Shown: piece by piece, positions 19,950 through 28,213 of the stretch
Position numbering within the stretch: the first letter of the stretch is position 1
How the letters are laid out: each line of letters opens with the position of its first letter
Virus record (IMG/VR): IMGVR_UViG_3300031519_000069
Span: 1 to 39,226 of that record
Source of the DNA: a virus
Taxonomy: Duplodnaviria > Caudoviricetes
Direction: 5' to 3' (one strand)
Length of the DNA: 39,226 nt
Notes under the pieces: generated by a model
Databases searched by the model: none
Seen by the model: only the letters and a program-made list of their open reading frames with translations
What the model was told of the DNA's origin: nothing
Translations under genes and position numbers: made by a program

Positions 19950-20612
19950 TCAGTCATTAAAATTAAAACCGTCAACTTCTGAAAAAGGTGACACACCCGC
20001 GTCCTCCACTGGCACTACGCTGAAAGTAATTGCTTTCATAGTATCTGGATGCTTCATCATTTTCTGTACGGCTTCGTACTCCTGCTCTTCCAACGGACGT
20101 ATAGGTCTGAAGAAGAGTTTTGGTATGTCGCTACTAGGGTCAAAAAAGACCTTCGTTATCACAGCGACTATCGGGGTATTCTGTGCCTCTAAATACCTAG
20201 CGTAGGCTTGTAGTGGCATGTTTACCCCAACTGCGTCACCAAATATAGAATTAGAAGGGAGTTGTAGTTGATAAACTGTTTCCAGATCATCCTCCGTAAC
20301 TACGGCTAACCGTTGCACGAATTTACATGCGCGGCTTTGCCCTTTCCCTGAACCCTTTATATTGTTAACACAATCTAAGCACCGCCCCGCTTGCCTTTGC
20401 TCTACTGGAACATCAGTAGCGGGTGAATCTGTATCTGAAGACCAACAAGTTGGTAAAGCAACCTTGCTAGGGTTGTAATCATCCGCGTAATAAATACGGG
20501 ACATATAGGCTATACCAACCACGATCACATTTACAGAATCTTTTGCCATTTCTGGCAAACCATCGAACTGACGGTTACGTATGCTAATTCTTTTTATCAT
20601 CTCACCCATCAA
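19950..20612 (-). CDS. Conserved phage replication-module protein with a Cys cluster (possible SSB-like/Zn-binding)
   Basis: CWSSD...C..C..N..GSG...RAC pattern; lies between the HTH and SSB genes. Confidence 0.5.
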   Translation of the reverse strand: MMGEMIKRISIRNRQFDGLPEMAKDSVNVIVVGIAYMSRIYYADDYNPSKVALPTCWSSDTDSPATDVPVEQRQAGRCLDCVNNIKGSGKGQSRACKFVQRLAVVTEDDLETVYQLQLPSNSIFGDAVGVNMPLQAYARYLEAQNTPIVAVITKVFFDPSSDIPKLFFRPIRPLEEQEYEAVQKMMKHPDTMKAITFSVVPVEDAGVSPFSEVDGFNFND

Positions 20613-20869
20613 TAATCTTCATCTGTTTCTAATGATGGGATAGATTCCTCGTTATCACTAACATCGCTCCATGTGGCAGGTTTACCTTCTTCGCTTTTCG
20701 CTGTGGTTAACGCGTCCGTGATGGCAGCTAAGTTAAACCTGTAGGTGGAACCGATGTGGATATACGTGTCTTTGGGAATTATCCCTTGTTTCAACCAGCC
20801 TCGTATTGTGGCTTGGTTTACCTTGAAATGTTCTGCGACATCTGCAATAGGGACAAAGGGGCTACTCAT
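20609..20869 (-). CDS. Excisionase/MerR-like winged-HTH DNA-binding protein
   Basis: IADVAEHFKVNQATIRGWLKQGIIP...YRF pattern. Confidence 0.75.
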   Translation of the reverse strand: MSSPFVPIADVAEHFKVNQATIRGWLKQGIIPKDTYIHIGSTYRFNLAAITDALTTAKSEEGKPATWSDVSDNEESIPSLETDEDY

Positions 20870-21273
20870 TTTTTCGGTCTCCTGACAGAAAGTGTGTATG
20901 ATGAATCCGAGTTCAAACCTTTCGGCAGCTTATCGGGGTTTTCTTCTAGGTACTGGCGTACGTTCTTTTGGTTAAGGCGTTTGTCGAATAACTCAGGTAC
21001 TTCGTTCTCAAGTATAAATTCGTACATGGATTCCCAATCACTCGTCCAATAACTCTGCTTAACTGAACGATAAAACAAACCTTCTGGAGTTTTAAGACTG
21101 TCCACGTTATTCTCTTTGCAGTAGTTAAGTAGGGCTTGTTTCACCTTATCCCGTTCTTGCGTCAGCAAATTGTACTCTGCGTCAAATGCGCTCTTTAACT
21201 CAGTACGTTTAGCAGTCATCTTCAAATAAACTTTAGTCAGTTTCTCCAAAGACAAAGTACTACCTTCACTCAT
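20866..21273 (-). CDS. Conserved hypothetical phage protein with a coiled-coil N-terminus
   Basis: AAGGAG SD precedes ATG 21273 (track start 21288); DW..MYEFI..N...LF.KRL pattern. Confidence 0.6.
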   Translation of the reverse strand: MSEGSTLSLEKLTKVYLKMTAKRTELKSAFDAEYNLLTQERDKVKQALLNYCKENNVDSLKTPEGLFYRSVKQSYWTSDWESMYEFILENEVPELFDKRLNQKNVRQYLEENPDKLPKGLNSDSSYTLSVRRPKK

Positions 21274-21302
21274 TTCGATCTCCTTCACTTATCGAACTGT
21301 TG

Positions 21303-21331
21303 AATATAATGTACTTGGATCTATTACGCAA
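21303..21331 (-). promoter_or_regulatory. Putative sigma70 promoter for the SSB/primase cluster
   Basis: TTGCGT (21331-21326), 17 bp, TATATT (21308-21303) on the - strand. Confidence 0.55.
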
Positions 21332-22859
21332 GTATTTCGTTGTATAAGTCGATCATTTTTGTATGTATGTTTATTTTGTTATCAAGCATTCTATAGACGT
21401 GCTTTTCTATAGCCGATCCTTGCAACTGAACGACGGTACACTTGTGGTCTTGACCTGACCTATGTACACGAGCGTTGGCCTGTGCGTACGTTTCTAATGA
21501 ACTGGTTGGCCCCCACCACACCACTGTATTTGCAGCCGTAAGGGTTACACCATGCGCTGCTGCTTGGGGTTGGATCACTAAAACTTTAGGGTCTTCGAGG
21601 GTTTGAAACTGTTTAAATATTTCCGTGCGTTTAGGGGCAGGAACATCACCCCTGATTACTGCTGTCGTAATCCCATCGCTCCCTAGCTTCTCCACTAGCA
21701 TGTCTATAACGTGTTTAAAAGGTACGAAAACAAGGATCTTCTTACTGGACTCGTCAATAACTTCTCGCAGCACTTTGTACCGATGCTTGATGTCGAACTC
21801 TAGCGCCTCACCGTTATCGGTATAAACTGCACCACAAGATATTTGTAGTAACTTGTTCATGTTAACCGCTGCATTGGCGGCAGTTACCTGCTCTCCCGCT
21901 GCATCCATGACCATCCGATCTTTCAACAACTTATAGTATTTAATCTGTTGTCTGGTAAGTTCAACTTCCCGTTTTACATACACCATAGGGGGTAGGTCTA
22001 GGCACTCGTCTTTAGTAAACCGGATAGCCGGTTGGAGAACCCTGTACACCGTATCGGTTGCGTCGTCCTTCGGCACCCATCTAAAGTTGGTGATCTTTGT
22101 CATCACTCGGTCACGGAATGACCCGAAGAACCTTGGCACCGCTGACTGGTTAACAAGTTTGGCTATACCATAAGCATCGAGGGGACTCTGAGCTGCGGGA
22201 GTACCGGTCATCATCCACAACCATTTATCTGGCGTGAGTAATGCGTGCAAAGTTTTCCATCGTTTGGTCTGTGCATTCTTATAATGAGTCGCCTCATCAA
22301 CAATAATCAGGTCAAACCCACCGTTGGCTATAGCTTCTGATACGATCTCTACCCCATCATAATTTATTATCACGAAGTCAGCGCCGTTATTAACTATGCC
22401 CCGCCGTTTTGCTGCTGGCCCGTAAGCCACGTCTACTGTTCGGTGCATCGCAAATGTAAATAAATCGTTACGCCATGCGGAATCCATAATGGAAAGGGGG
22501 CATATCACTAGAGCACGTTTAATGTGCCCTTCGTTCATCAGATAGTCTGCCGCCCAGATAGCACTAGCAGTCTTGCCGGTACCCTGCTCGTTGAAACAGA
22601 AGGCACGTTTGTTTAACGTAAGAAAGGAAGAAGTCGTTTTCTGGTGCTCGAACGGCGTGTACTTACCCGTCCACTTGTACTTCCCTTCAATCGGGGAAGG
22701 TACTTTGATGTTTAAATTTTTAAGTACTTGAGCCTCGTCGATACCCCAGTTAACCATTACTTTGTTATCAGGTAACTGTTTACTTTTGGGTATGACTGTC
22801 GTTACTTTTTTAGGGTTGCGAAGCCGCAAGAGCAACGCCTTGTTATTTATAATTTCCAC
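21324..22859 (-). CDS. SNF2-family (SF2) helicase
   Basis: EQGTGKT (I), IIVDEATH (II), MTGTP (III), HGVTLT (V), QANARVHRSGQ (VI). Probable GTG start at 22859 after AGGAG (track start 22892). Confidence 0.9.
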   Translation of the reverse strand: MEIINNKALLLRLRNPKKVTTVIPKSKQLPDNKVMVNWGIDEAQVLKNLNIKVPSPIEGKYKWTGKYTPFEHQKTTSSFLTLNKRAFCFNEQGTGKTASAIWAADYLMNEGHIKRALVICPLSIMDSAWRNDLFTFAMHRTVDVAYGPAAKRRGIVNNGADFVIINYDGVEIVSEAIANGGFDLIIVDEATHYKNAQTKRWKTLHALLTPDKWLWMMTGTPAAQSPLDAYGIAKLVNQSAVPRFFGSFRDRVMTKITNFRWVPKDDATDTVYRVLQPAIRFTKDECLDLPPMVYVKREVELTRQQIKYYKLLKDRMVMDAAGEQVTAANAAVNMNKLLQISCGAVYTDNGEALEFDIKHRYKVLREVIDESSKKILVFVPFKHVIDMLVEKLGSDGITTAVIRGDVPAPKRTEIFKQFQTLEDPKVLVIQPQAAAHGVTLTAANTVVWWGPTSSLETYAQANARVHRSGQDHKCTVVQLQGSAIEKHVYRMLDNKINIHTKMIDLYNEILA

Positions 22860-22994
22860 TTTTCCTGCTCCTAAAAGCCCTGCTTCGTCCACAGATAGGG
22901 CTAGGTCTGCGATATCGGTATGAACTACCTCTGGACTAACCTGATTTTTGCACCCTATAACTGGAGGATACAGGGTACGTTTTTTAAAGACGCA

Positions 22995-23285
22995 TCAAGC
23001 TAAACGTCTGGGAGAGTTCTTTTTCTTCTTTAAGTTACGGCTACGGTTGGCACTCGCACTCTCCACCTTCACGCCGTCCTTGTTAGTGCCGCCCTGTGCT
23101 AGGGCTTTGTTATGGCTAACATCCTTGCCTTCTCGCTTGTCTGCTTTGCCATTCTTGTTAGCGTCTTTACCTGTCCTGTCCATTTCACGTCTAGCTTCCT
23201 GTCGCGCCATACGACGCCTGAACTCTGGACTATCTGGTGATTTGTTTACTTGTTTCTTTCGGTCTGTTTTATTTCTATAAGGCAT
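22995..23285 (-). CDS. Small basic HNH-like endonuclease/DNA-binding protein
   Basis: GKDVSH.KAL..GG.N.......S...NRSRN resembles the HNH (beta-beta-alpha) signature. Confidence 0.6.
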   Translation of the reverse strand: MPYRNKTDRKKQVNKSPDSPEFRRRMARQEARREMDRTGKDANKNGKADKREGKDVSHNKALAQGGTNKDGVKVESASANRSRNLKKKKNSPRRLA

Positions 23286-23960
23286 CTAACTTCTCCCGTT
23301 GTGTGGACATTCCAACACCACGCAATGCGCCCTGCATAACCCGCTAGGGTTGGTGTTCCACGAATTGTTTTCAAAGGCAGATTCCATACGACTGAAATCT
23401 CCTAACCATTTTTCCCATAGCCCTCCTTGTGCGCCCAAGGCATAACTATCTTTAATTAGTTCGTTTGACACCACGAACATAAGGCCACCACGTACAAACT
23501 TAATAGCAGGAAAGTGTTTAAATGTTGCTAAAGCCATCAACTCAAGCTGCCCTTTGTCGGCGTACCGTGCGTTTCGACCCGTCTTGTAGTCTATTACCCA
23601 AGCAGTCTCGGCTTCCTCATCAAGGATAATCAAGTCGGCTACCCCACGGAACCACACGTCATCAGCAAAGAAGTCGCAGGGTTCTAGGTTCTCAGTCAAC
23701 CCCATCTTGTATTCGCATAACTTCTTACCACGTTTAGCGTTTAAAGCATCTAGCGCACCCTTAGCGTAATCAAACTGAGGTGGTAGTGGTACGTTATCAC
23801 GTACGTATTCTTCGGCTGCTTCATGGAACGCGGTACCGTAGTACATCGCATCAGTCTCAGGCTCGGAGTAGTCCTTAGCTACCTTCAAGTGGTAAAACTT
23901 CTTTGGGCATTGCTCGAACGCCTTTATCTTACTGAACGACCAAGGGGCTATGCTCATCAA
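23286..23960 (-). CDS. PD-(D/E)XK exonuclease, Cas4/RecB-like
   Basis: WSFS...F.QCP, GTAFH, G..DL, IDYKTG, QL, and C-terminal C...C....CPH (Fe-S-type cysteines). Confidence 0.85.
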   Translation of the reverse strand: MMSIAPWSFSKIKAFEQCPKKFYHLKVAKDYSEPETDAMYYGTAFHEAAEEYVRDNVPLPPQFDYAKGALDALNAKRGKKLCEYKMGLTENLEPCDFFADDVWFRGVADLIILDEEAETAWVIDYKTGRNARYADKGQLELMALATFKHFPAIKFVRGGLMFVVSNELIKDSYALGAQGGLWEKWLGDFSRMESAFENNSWNTNPSGLCRAHCVVLECPHNGRS

Positions 23961-24244
23961 TCTTCCCCAGAAATATAATCGTATGCTTCTTGTAGCGCGT
24001 CCATAAGGTGCGGTATCTCTTCAACGCTGAATGTCACCGTATCCAACCGACCACCTTCCATCTGATTAATCATAATAACCAACTCAGGATCATCTCCTAA
24101 CGAGGTAACCCCAACTGAGCTGACGACCATCTCTTGACTATCTTCTCGTACCGTAGGCTTAGATTTGTGGTGTATGTATAACTTGTTTCTATTAGCGTGC
24201 TTAGTTCTGTGTTCTTCAAAGTCTAGTATCTCAGTCACTCGCAA
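23957..24244 (-). CDS. Hypothetical protein (95 aa)
   Basis: Fills the gap between polA and the exonuclease, with overlapping start/stop codons. Confidence 0.6.
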   Translation of the reverse strand: MRVTEILDFEEHRTKHANRNKLYIHHKSKPTVREDSQEMVVSSVGVTSLGDDPELVIMINQMEGGRLDTVTFSVEEIPHLMDALQEAYDYISGED

Positions 24245-26064
24245 TCTCCATAAGACTTACCTATACCGGACTCACAATCGATTGGCATCCCATCAGCCCA
24301 AGCAGGTAACCAGCGCATACATCCTTCGATATACTCTTGCGCTTCTACTACTTCTTCTTCGGGAACGCAGCAAACAACGGAGTCATGTACCGTTAAAACA
24401 ACGCGATATCGTTTAGCAATTTTTAGCATCTGCTCCCCGATTATGCAACGCGCAATGGCTTGGCATACGTTCTCTATCACCTTGCCACCATAGATCCGGT
24501 TTCGGCCTCGTCTAACTTTATAGGTGTATTCCACACCCCTTTCACCTTGCTCACCGGCCAACTCGTCGTAACGCATGAGTAATCCAGACGGTAGTATGAT
24601 TGCGTTTCTAGTTGCATCAACCGTAAGTACTTCCCCTAACCCAAACTGTAAGCTGCCACCTCGCGCCATGTTCTCTAGCATATAGCCAGCGTCACGCCAT
24701 AAAGTTGTTATCTTAAAGTTCGCTTCACGATACACCGAGATAACCCTGCGAGCTTCACTAAGATCCATCTCGAACCCGAAAGATCGTAGCTGTTCTTTAA
24801 ATCGCACTGCGCCCATGCCATAACCGGCACCAAGGATAGTAGTCTTACCAACAAACCGCTGGTCTTTAGTGATATCTTCTTCCCTGTTGGCCCCGTATAT
24901 GGACATCGCCATCTTCTTGTAGACATCATCCCCTACATGGAATGCTTCAGTAAGATCTTCTTGACCTGCCAACCATGCCAACACTCGGGCCTCGATCTGA
25001 CTTGAATCGCAGTCAATCAGCACGTAACCATCAGGGGCAATCATACTTTTCTTGAGTTTCTTACCGTTTGGCCCTCTACTAGGAAGGTTCTGTAAATTGA
25101 TCTTGTCCGCCCCACCCCAACGTCCAGTATGTGCTGCATAGTACTTTACAGGAACAGGGAGTAGTCCCCGCTTGGCTATGTCGATGAACCGTTGCGTCCT
25201 TGTTTCTTCAAGCGTGCTCTTGTTACCAAGCCTAGCATTGACCAAGGTTTGCACCCGCACATCTTCGTGCTCTAATAATGCTTTGAACCCTTCATCAGAC
25301 TTGGCAAAGGCGAAAGTCTCCTTACCCGTAGTAAGGCTGGTCTTCATCGGAGGGACAACCCCCAATATCTCTAGCAACCCAGCAAACTTAGGGTTGCTCA
25401 TTAAATCTTTCTTATCTACACCCGCATCTAGTAACAACTTATCCTTAAGTTCTTTAGTGTCTTCTAGGTGTTGTTCCAGTAACCCTAGGTCGAGATCAAG
25501 CATAGGCTCGATGAACATACGTAGTGTCAGGTCTATGATCTTAAGTTCTTGTCTGGGAAACTTCTTACCCATAATCCCAAAGAGTTTGTAGGTTAACTCG
25601 ACATCGTTGATGCAGTAGTCGCCGTACTTATCCAGCTCTTCATCAGTAAAATCTAGCCGCCGCTTGCCTTTGGCATCTAAAACTTCGGTACCTTTAGCGC
25701 CGATCTGATATCGTTCGGCCAACGCCTTGAGACTGCCCCCAACTTCCACCCCGTGTACAGCACGGCCAATGCACAAAGTGTCAGCCCACACCCGAGGATG
25801 AATATCGAATAGCCAAGAAAGTATAGCACCGTCAAACATTGTGTTGTGAGCCAACACCATAGAGTCTTTCCAATCGAAACCATTGAAGTAATCTTTAAGT
25901 TGTTCATGAGTCCCACTCGCCCATTCGGTAGCCTCGTCGTTAACTTTAACGGATACGCCGATAACCTCAAAGCGAGGGTCGCGTACGTATTCTTCTGTAG
26001 TCATCTTGCTTAGTGAAAAGTCCTGAGAATAGAACGTCTCGAAGTCTATAGTAATAAGATTCAT
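24235..26064 (-). CDS. polA: Family A DNA polymerase (3'-5' exonuclease + polymerase; no 5'-3' exonuclease)
   Basis: ExoI DFET, ExoII HN..FD, ExoIII YC.ND; motif A DSSQIEARVLA; motif B RFVGKTTILGAGYG; motif C TVHDS. Confidence 0.95.
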   Translation of the reverse strand: MNLITIDFETFYSQDFSLSKMTTEEYVRDPRFEVIGVSVKVNDEATEWASGTHEQLKDYFNGFDWKDSMVLAHNTMFDGAILSWLFDIHPRVWADTLCIGRAVHGVEVGGSLKALAERYQIGAKGTEVLDAKGKRRLDFTDEELDKYGDYCINDVELTYKLFGIMGKKFPRQELKIIDLTLRMFIEPMLDLDLGLLEQHLEDTKELKDKLLLDAGVDKKDLMSNPKFAGLLEILGVVPPMKTSLTTGKETFAFAKSDEGFKALLEHEDVRVQTLVNARLGNKSTLEETRTQRFIDIAKRGLLPVPVKYYAAHTGRWGGADKINLQNLPSRGPNGKKLKKSMIAPDGYVLIDCDSSQIEARVLAWLAGQEDLTEAFHVGDDVYKKMAMSIYGANREEDITKDQRFVGKTTILGAGYGMGAVRFKEQLRSFGFEMDLSEARRVISVYREANFKITTLWRDAGYMLENMARGGSLQFGLGEVLTVDATRNAIILPSGLLMRYDELAGEQGERGVEYTYKVRRGRNRIYGGKVIENVCQAIARCIIGEQMLKIAKRYRVVLTVHDSVVCCVPEEEVVEAQEYIEGCMRWLPAWADGMPIDCESGIGKSYGDCE

Positions 26065-26170
26065 ATCATACCCAGTAACAAGTTAATAAGTAGGGGCTTC
26101 GCACCCCTTCGGTGTCAGTTATACTCGCATTTTGAGTCTGCTTTAACACACTGGAAAGGTCGGACTATTT

Positions 26171-26707
26171 TTATTTGTTTGCTATCTCACCACCACAGGC
26201 GAAATACCCTGCACCATCCACCCAGTTATCAACATGCTGGGGGTTCTGCTTGATCCTAGCTACCTTTAATAGCGCCATCATCACTGCAACATCAGTAGCA
26301 GTTAACGTAGTACCTATATGCAATGACCAGTACCCTGCGATCCGCGAGAAGTTATCCTCTGCATCACCGTGGTCTGCTTGTCTATCCCTCGTGATGTACG
26401 ATCTGGCGGTACTAAGAATGCTGCTTCGGGTCACTACCTCGACCGGGGCCGGAGGTAGGTCGTTAGTTTCTACATAACTTCTTTTCACCTCTGCACTTAC
26501 TCCAGTCGGTTGTACCGATACCGACGTTACCGCTGCTGTCGATTCCGCTTCAAGCTCTGCTTTGGCAGCGTTGTATTCTGCTTCTTTAACTTGTTTACGC
26601 AATAGATGCGCGTAACTAGGACTACACTTAGCCTTCTTTGCCACCAAGGGCACACTCCAACTAGGGTGTTTCGCCATGACCTCAAGCACCTTCTCTCTTT
26701 TACTCAC
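26171..26707 (-). CDS. N-terminal HTH fused to a DUF6378-like domain
   Basis: SVPLVAKKAKCSPSYAH (HTH-like); RQADHG...NF.RIA.YWS...DVA.MM.LLK.AR...H.DNW.D.AGY. Confidence 0.7.
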   Translation of the reverse strand: MSKREKVLEVMAKHPSWSVPLVAKKAKCSPSYAHLLRKQVKEAEYNAAKAELEAESTAAVTSVSVQPTGVSAEVKRSYVETNDLPPAPVEVVTRSSILSTARSYITRDRQADHGDAEDNFSRIAGYWSLHIGTTLTATDVAVMMALLKVARIKQNPQHVDNWVDGAGYFACGGEIANK

Positions 26708-26717
26708 ATTCCTCTCC

Positions 26718-27032
26718 TTAAAATTCCAGCTCTAGCTGGTGTTGGTTCGATGGCGCACCCAGTAAGTGCGTAACATCTTTCATGTTGGCTTCATTGATTA
26801 GAAGCGCGATTCCCTCTGTCGAGGCAATATCATCTAGGTTCTTCTGTTGTAGTGGGGTAGGTTTGTTCTTACCTGCCTTGCACTCGATCCCGAAGAACCT
26901 TCCTTTGTAGCACCCTACGATGTCCGGTACACCACTTCGCCCGTACCCACCCGTTGCTGGGTAGAAGTAATAAGCACCCATCTCTTTAAGCTGTTTGGTA
27001 ATGACACGTTTAACTTTGGCCTCGGGGGTCAT
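26718..27032 (-). CDS. VRR-NUC domain nuclease (putative Holliday junction resolvase)
   Basis: MTPEAKVK...SGVPDIVGC...FFGIECKA...PTPLQ. Probable ATG at 27032 after AAGGAG (track start 27092). Confidence 0.85.
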   Translation of the reverse strand: MTPEAKVKRVITKQLKEMGAYYFYPATGGYGRSGVPDIVGCYKGRFFGIECKAGKNKPTPLQQKNLDDIASTEGIALLINEANMKDVTHLLGAPSNQHQLELEF

Positions 27033-27054
27033 GCGTTCTCCTTGGGAACTGGTA

Positions 27055-27162
27055 TCAAGATTCTTTTTCGAGTTGTTCTTCAACGATCTCAAGCAACCGC
27101 GCTAATGAATCCGCTATGTTATTCAACGCAGTGACTACTTGGTCTGTCTGCTCATCGTTCAC
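27055..27162 (-). CDS. Small hypothetical helical protein (35 aa; not in ORF track)
   Basis: AAGGAG SD then GTG: MNDEQTDQVVTALNNIADSLARLLEIVEEQLEKES*. Lies directly downstream of the repeat array. Confidence 0.55.
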   Translation of the reverse strand: MNDEQTDQVVTALNNIADSLARLLEIVEEQLEKES

Positions 27163-27179
27163 TTACTTCTCCTTGTAAA

Positions 27180-27712
27180 ACCATACCTGCCAAACCCTAC
27201 CTAACCAAACACAACCATACCTAACATAACCTAACCTTACCTGCCAAACCCAACCAAACCGAACCGTACCTGACCTCACCTGACCTAACCCCACCCTACC
27301 GGACCACACCTGCCATACCACACCTTGCCTCACCCTACCGAACCCCGCCATGCCATACCTGCCTTACCTGACCCTACCCAATCTCACCGGAACGCACCTA
27401 ACCATACCGTACCTAACCTGCCAAACCGTACCGCACCAAACCTCACCACACCGCACCTGACCTGACCCTACCTAACCTGCCATACCTCACCAGACCTTAC
27501 CTCACCACGCCATACCCCGCCCGACCTGCCATACCGTACCCTGCCGTACCTCACCCGATCCCGCCTGACCATACCGTACCTTACCGCACCTGCCAAACCG
27601 TACCTCACCGAACCTGACCTCACCGTGCCATACCAAACCGAACCCAACCATACCTGCCAAACCACACCCCACCACACCAGACCCCACCCCGCCCCGCCCT
27701 ACCTAACCTGCC
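27180..27712 (-). repeat. Array of nine units, each GGCA + (GGY-NN)x9-13, delimited by ten GGCAGGT motifs
   Basis: ACCTGCC on the + strand starts at 27185, 27239, 27308, 27357, 27416, 27475, 27524, 27588, 27652 and 27706. Spacings are 54, 69, 49, 59, 59, 49, 64, 64, 54 (all 5n+4). 83 of 88 internal scaffold triplets are GGY. Confidence 0.97.
27180..27712 (-). ncRNA. Candidate guide-RNA precursor array (VIPR-like vrRNA)
   Basis: Non-coding 5-nt periodicity; conserved scaffold with variable dinucleotides; starts 3 nt after the stop of the RAMP-partner operon on the same strand. Expression and processing are inferred. Confidence 0.65.
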
Positions 27713-27715
27713 AGA

Positions 27716-28213
27716 TTAGTTTCCTAGAAACTTCTTAATGGGTGACAATATATCGGCTAACTCAGATAGATCTTCGTACTTCTTTACAAACGAATCCAAC
27801 TCACGCTTCGCTGTCTTCAGTATTTTGTCCCTACCTTCAGGGTCAGCCAACATGTCAATGGTTGACATCCAAACTTTTTGCGAACCTTGTGGGGTATCTA
27901 TCGTTGTGCGTTGTAGCACACGGATAGTTTTTGGTGGCGTATCAGGGATAGGAGAATGGGATATAAACACAAGGTTGCGCTTCATACTCTTCTCAGTCAT
28001 CAGGCGATACTTCTCGCCAGCCACTGAATCGTTCCATTCAAAGTCACCGTGTAAGAAGTTTTGAGGGTCGCGTGCTATCTCTACCAACGATCCATCAGGG
28101 GCATAGCCCCCATGTGCCACATTTAACTCTTCTATTACTTCCAATACTTGAACAGGGTCAGACCGAAATCTGACCCCCTTTCTCCAAGCAACATCAGCGT
28201 TGGGTATACTCAC
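27716..28213 (-). CDS. Putative accessory protein of the RAMP-like/GGY-NN array system (165 aa)
   Basis: GTGA overlap with the upstream RAMP-like gene. LVEIARDP...LH..FEWND..AGEKYRL is a motif I recognise from phage proteins found next to such RAMP-like genes. Confidence 0.65.
   Translation of the reverse strand: MSIPNADVAWRKGVRFRSDPVQVLEVIEELNVAHGGYAPDGSLVEIARDPQNFLHGDFEWNDSVAGEKYRLMTEKSMKRNLVFISHSPIPDTPPKTIRVLQRTTIDTPQGSQKVWMSTIDMLADPEGRDKILKTAKRELDSFVKKYEDLSELADILSPIKKFLGN

Noticed and set aside
20609-20869. Excisionase-like gene as evidence of an integrated prophage
   Set aside because: No integrase, att site or host genes are visible. Such HTH proteins also occur in non-integrating phages.
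23286-23960. Cas4-like nuclease as part of the RAMP/array system
   Set aside because: It lies over 3 kb away inside the standard polA-exonuclease-helicase module. Solo Cas4-like exonucleases are common in phages, and nothing links it to the cassette.
26092-26114. AGGGG...CCCCT hairpin upstream of polA as a terminator
   Set aside because: The stem is short and imperfect and there is no convincing U tract.
27163-27687. ORFs 27163-27351, 27468-27677 and 27502-27687 encoding G/V/R/W-rich peptides
   Set aside because: They are by-products of the GGY-NN periodicity. They occur in several frames, lack SD sequences, and a 5-nt period with 5n+4 units does not fit codon structure.
27180-27712. Classical CRISPR array or simple microsatellite
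   Set aside because: There are no 23-47-bp repeats with free spacers and no cas1/cas2. The strict fixed/variable pattern and second-level delimiters are also unlike slippage repeats.
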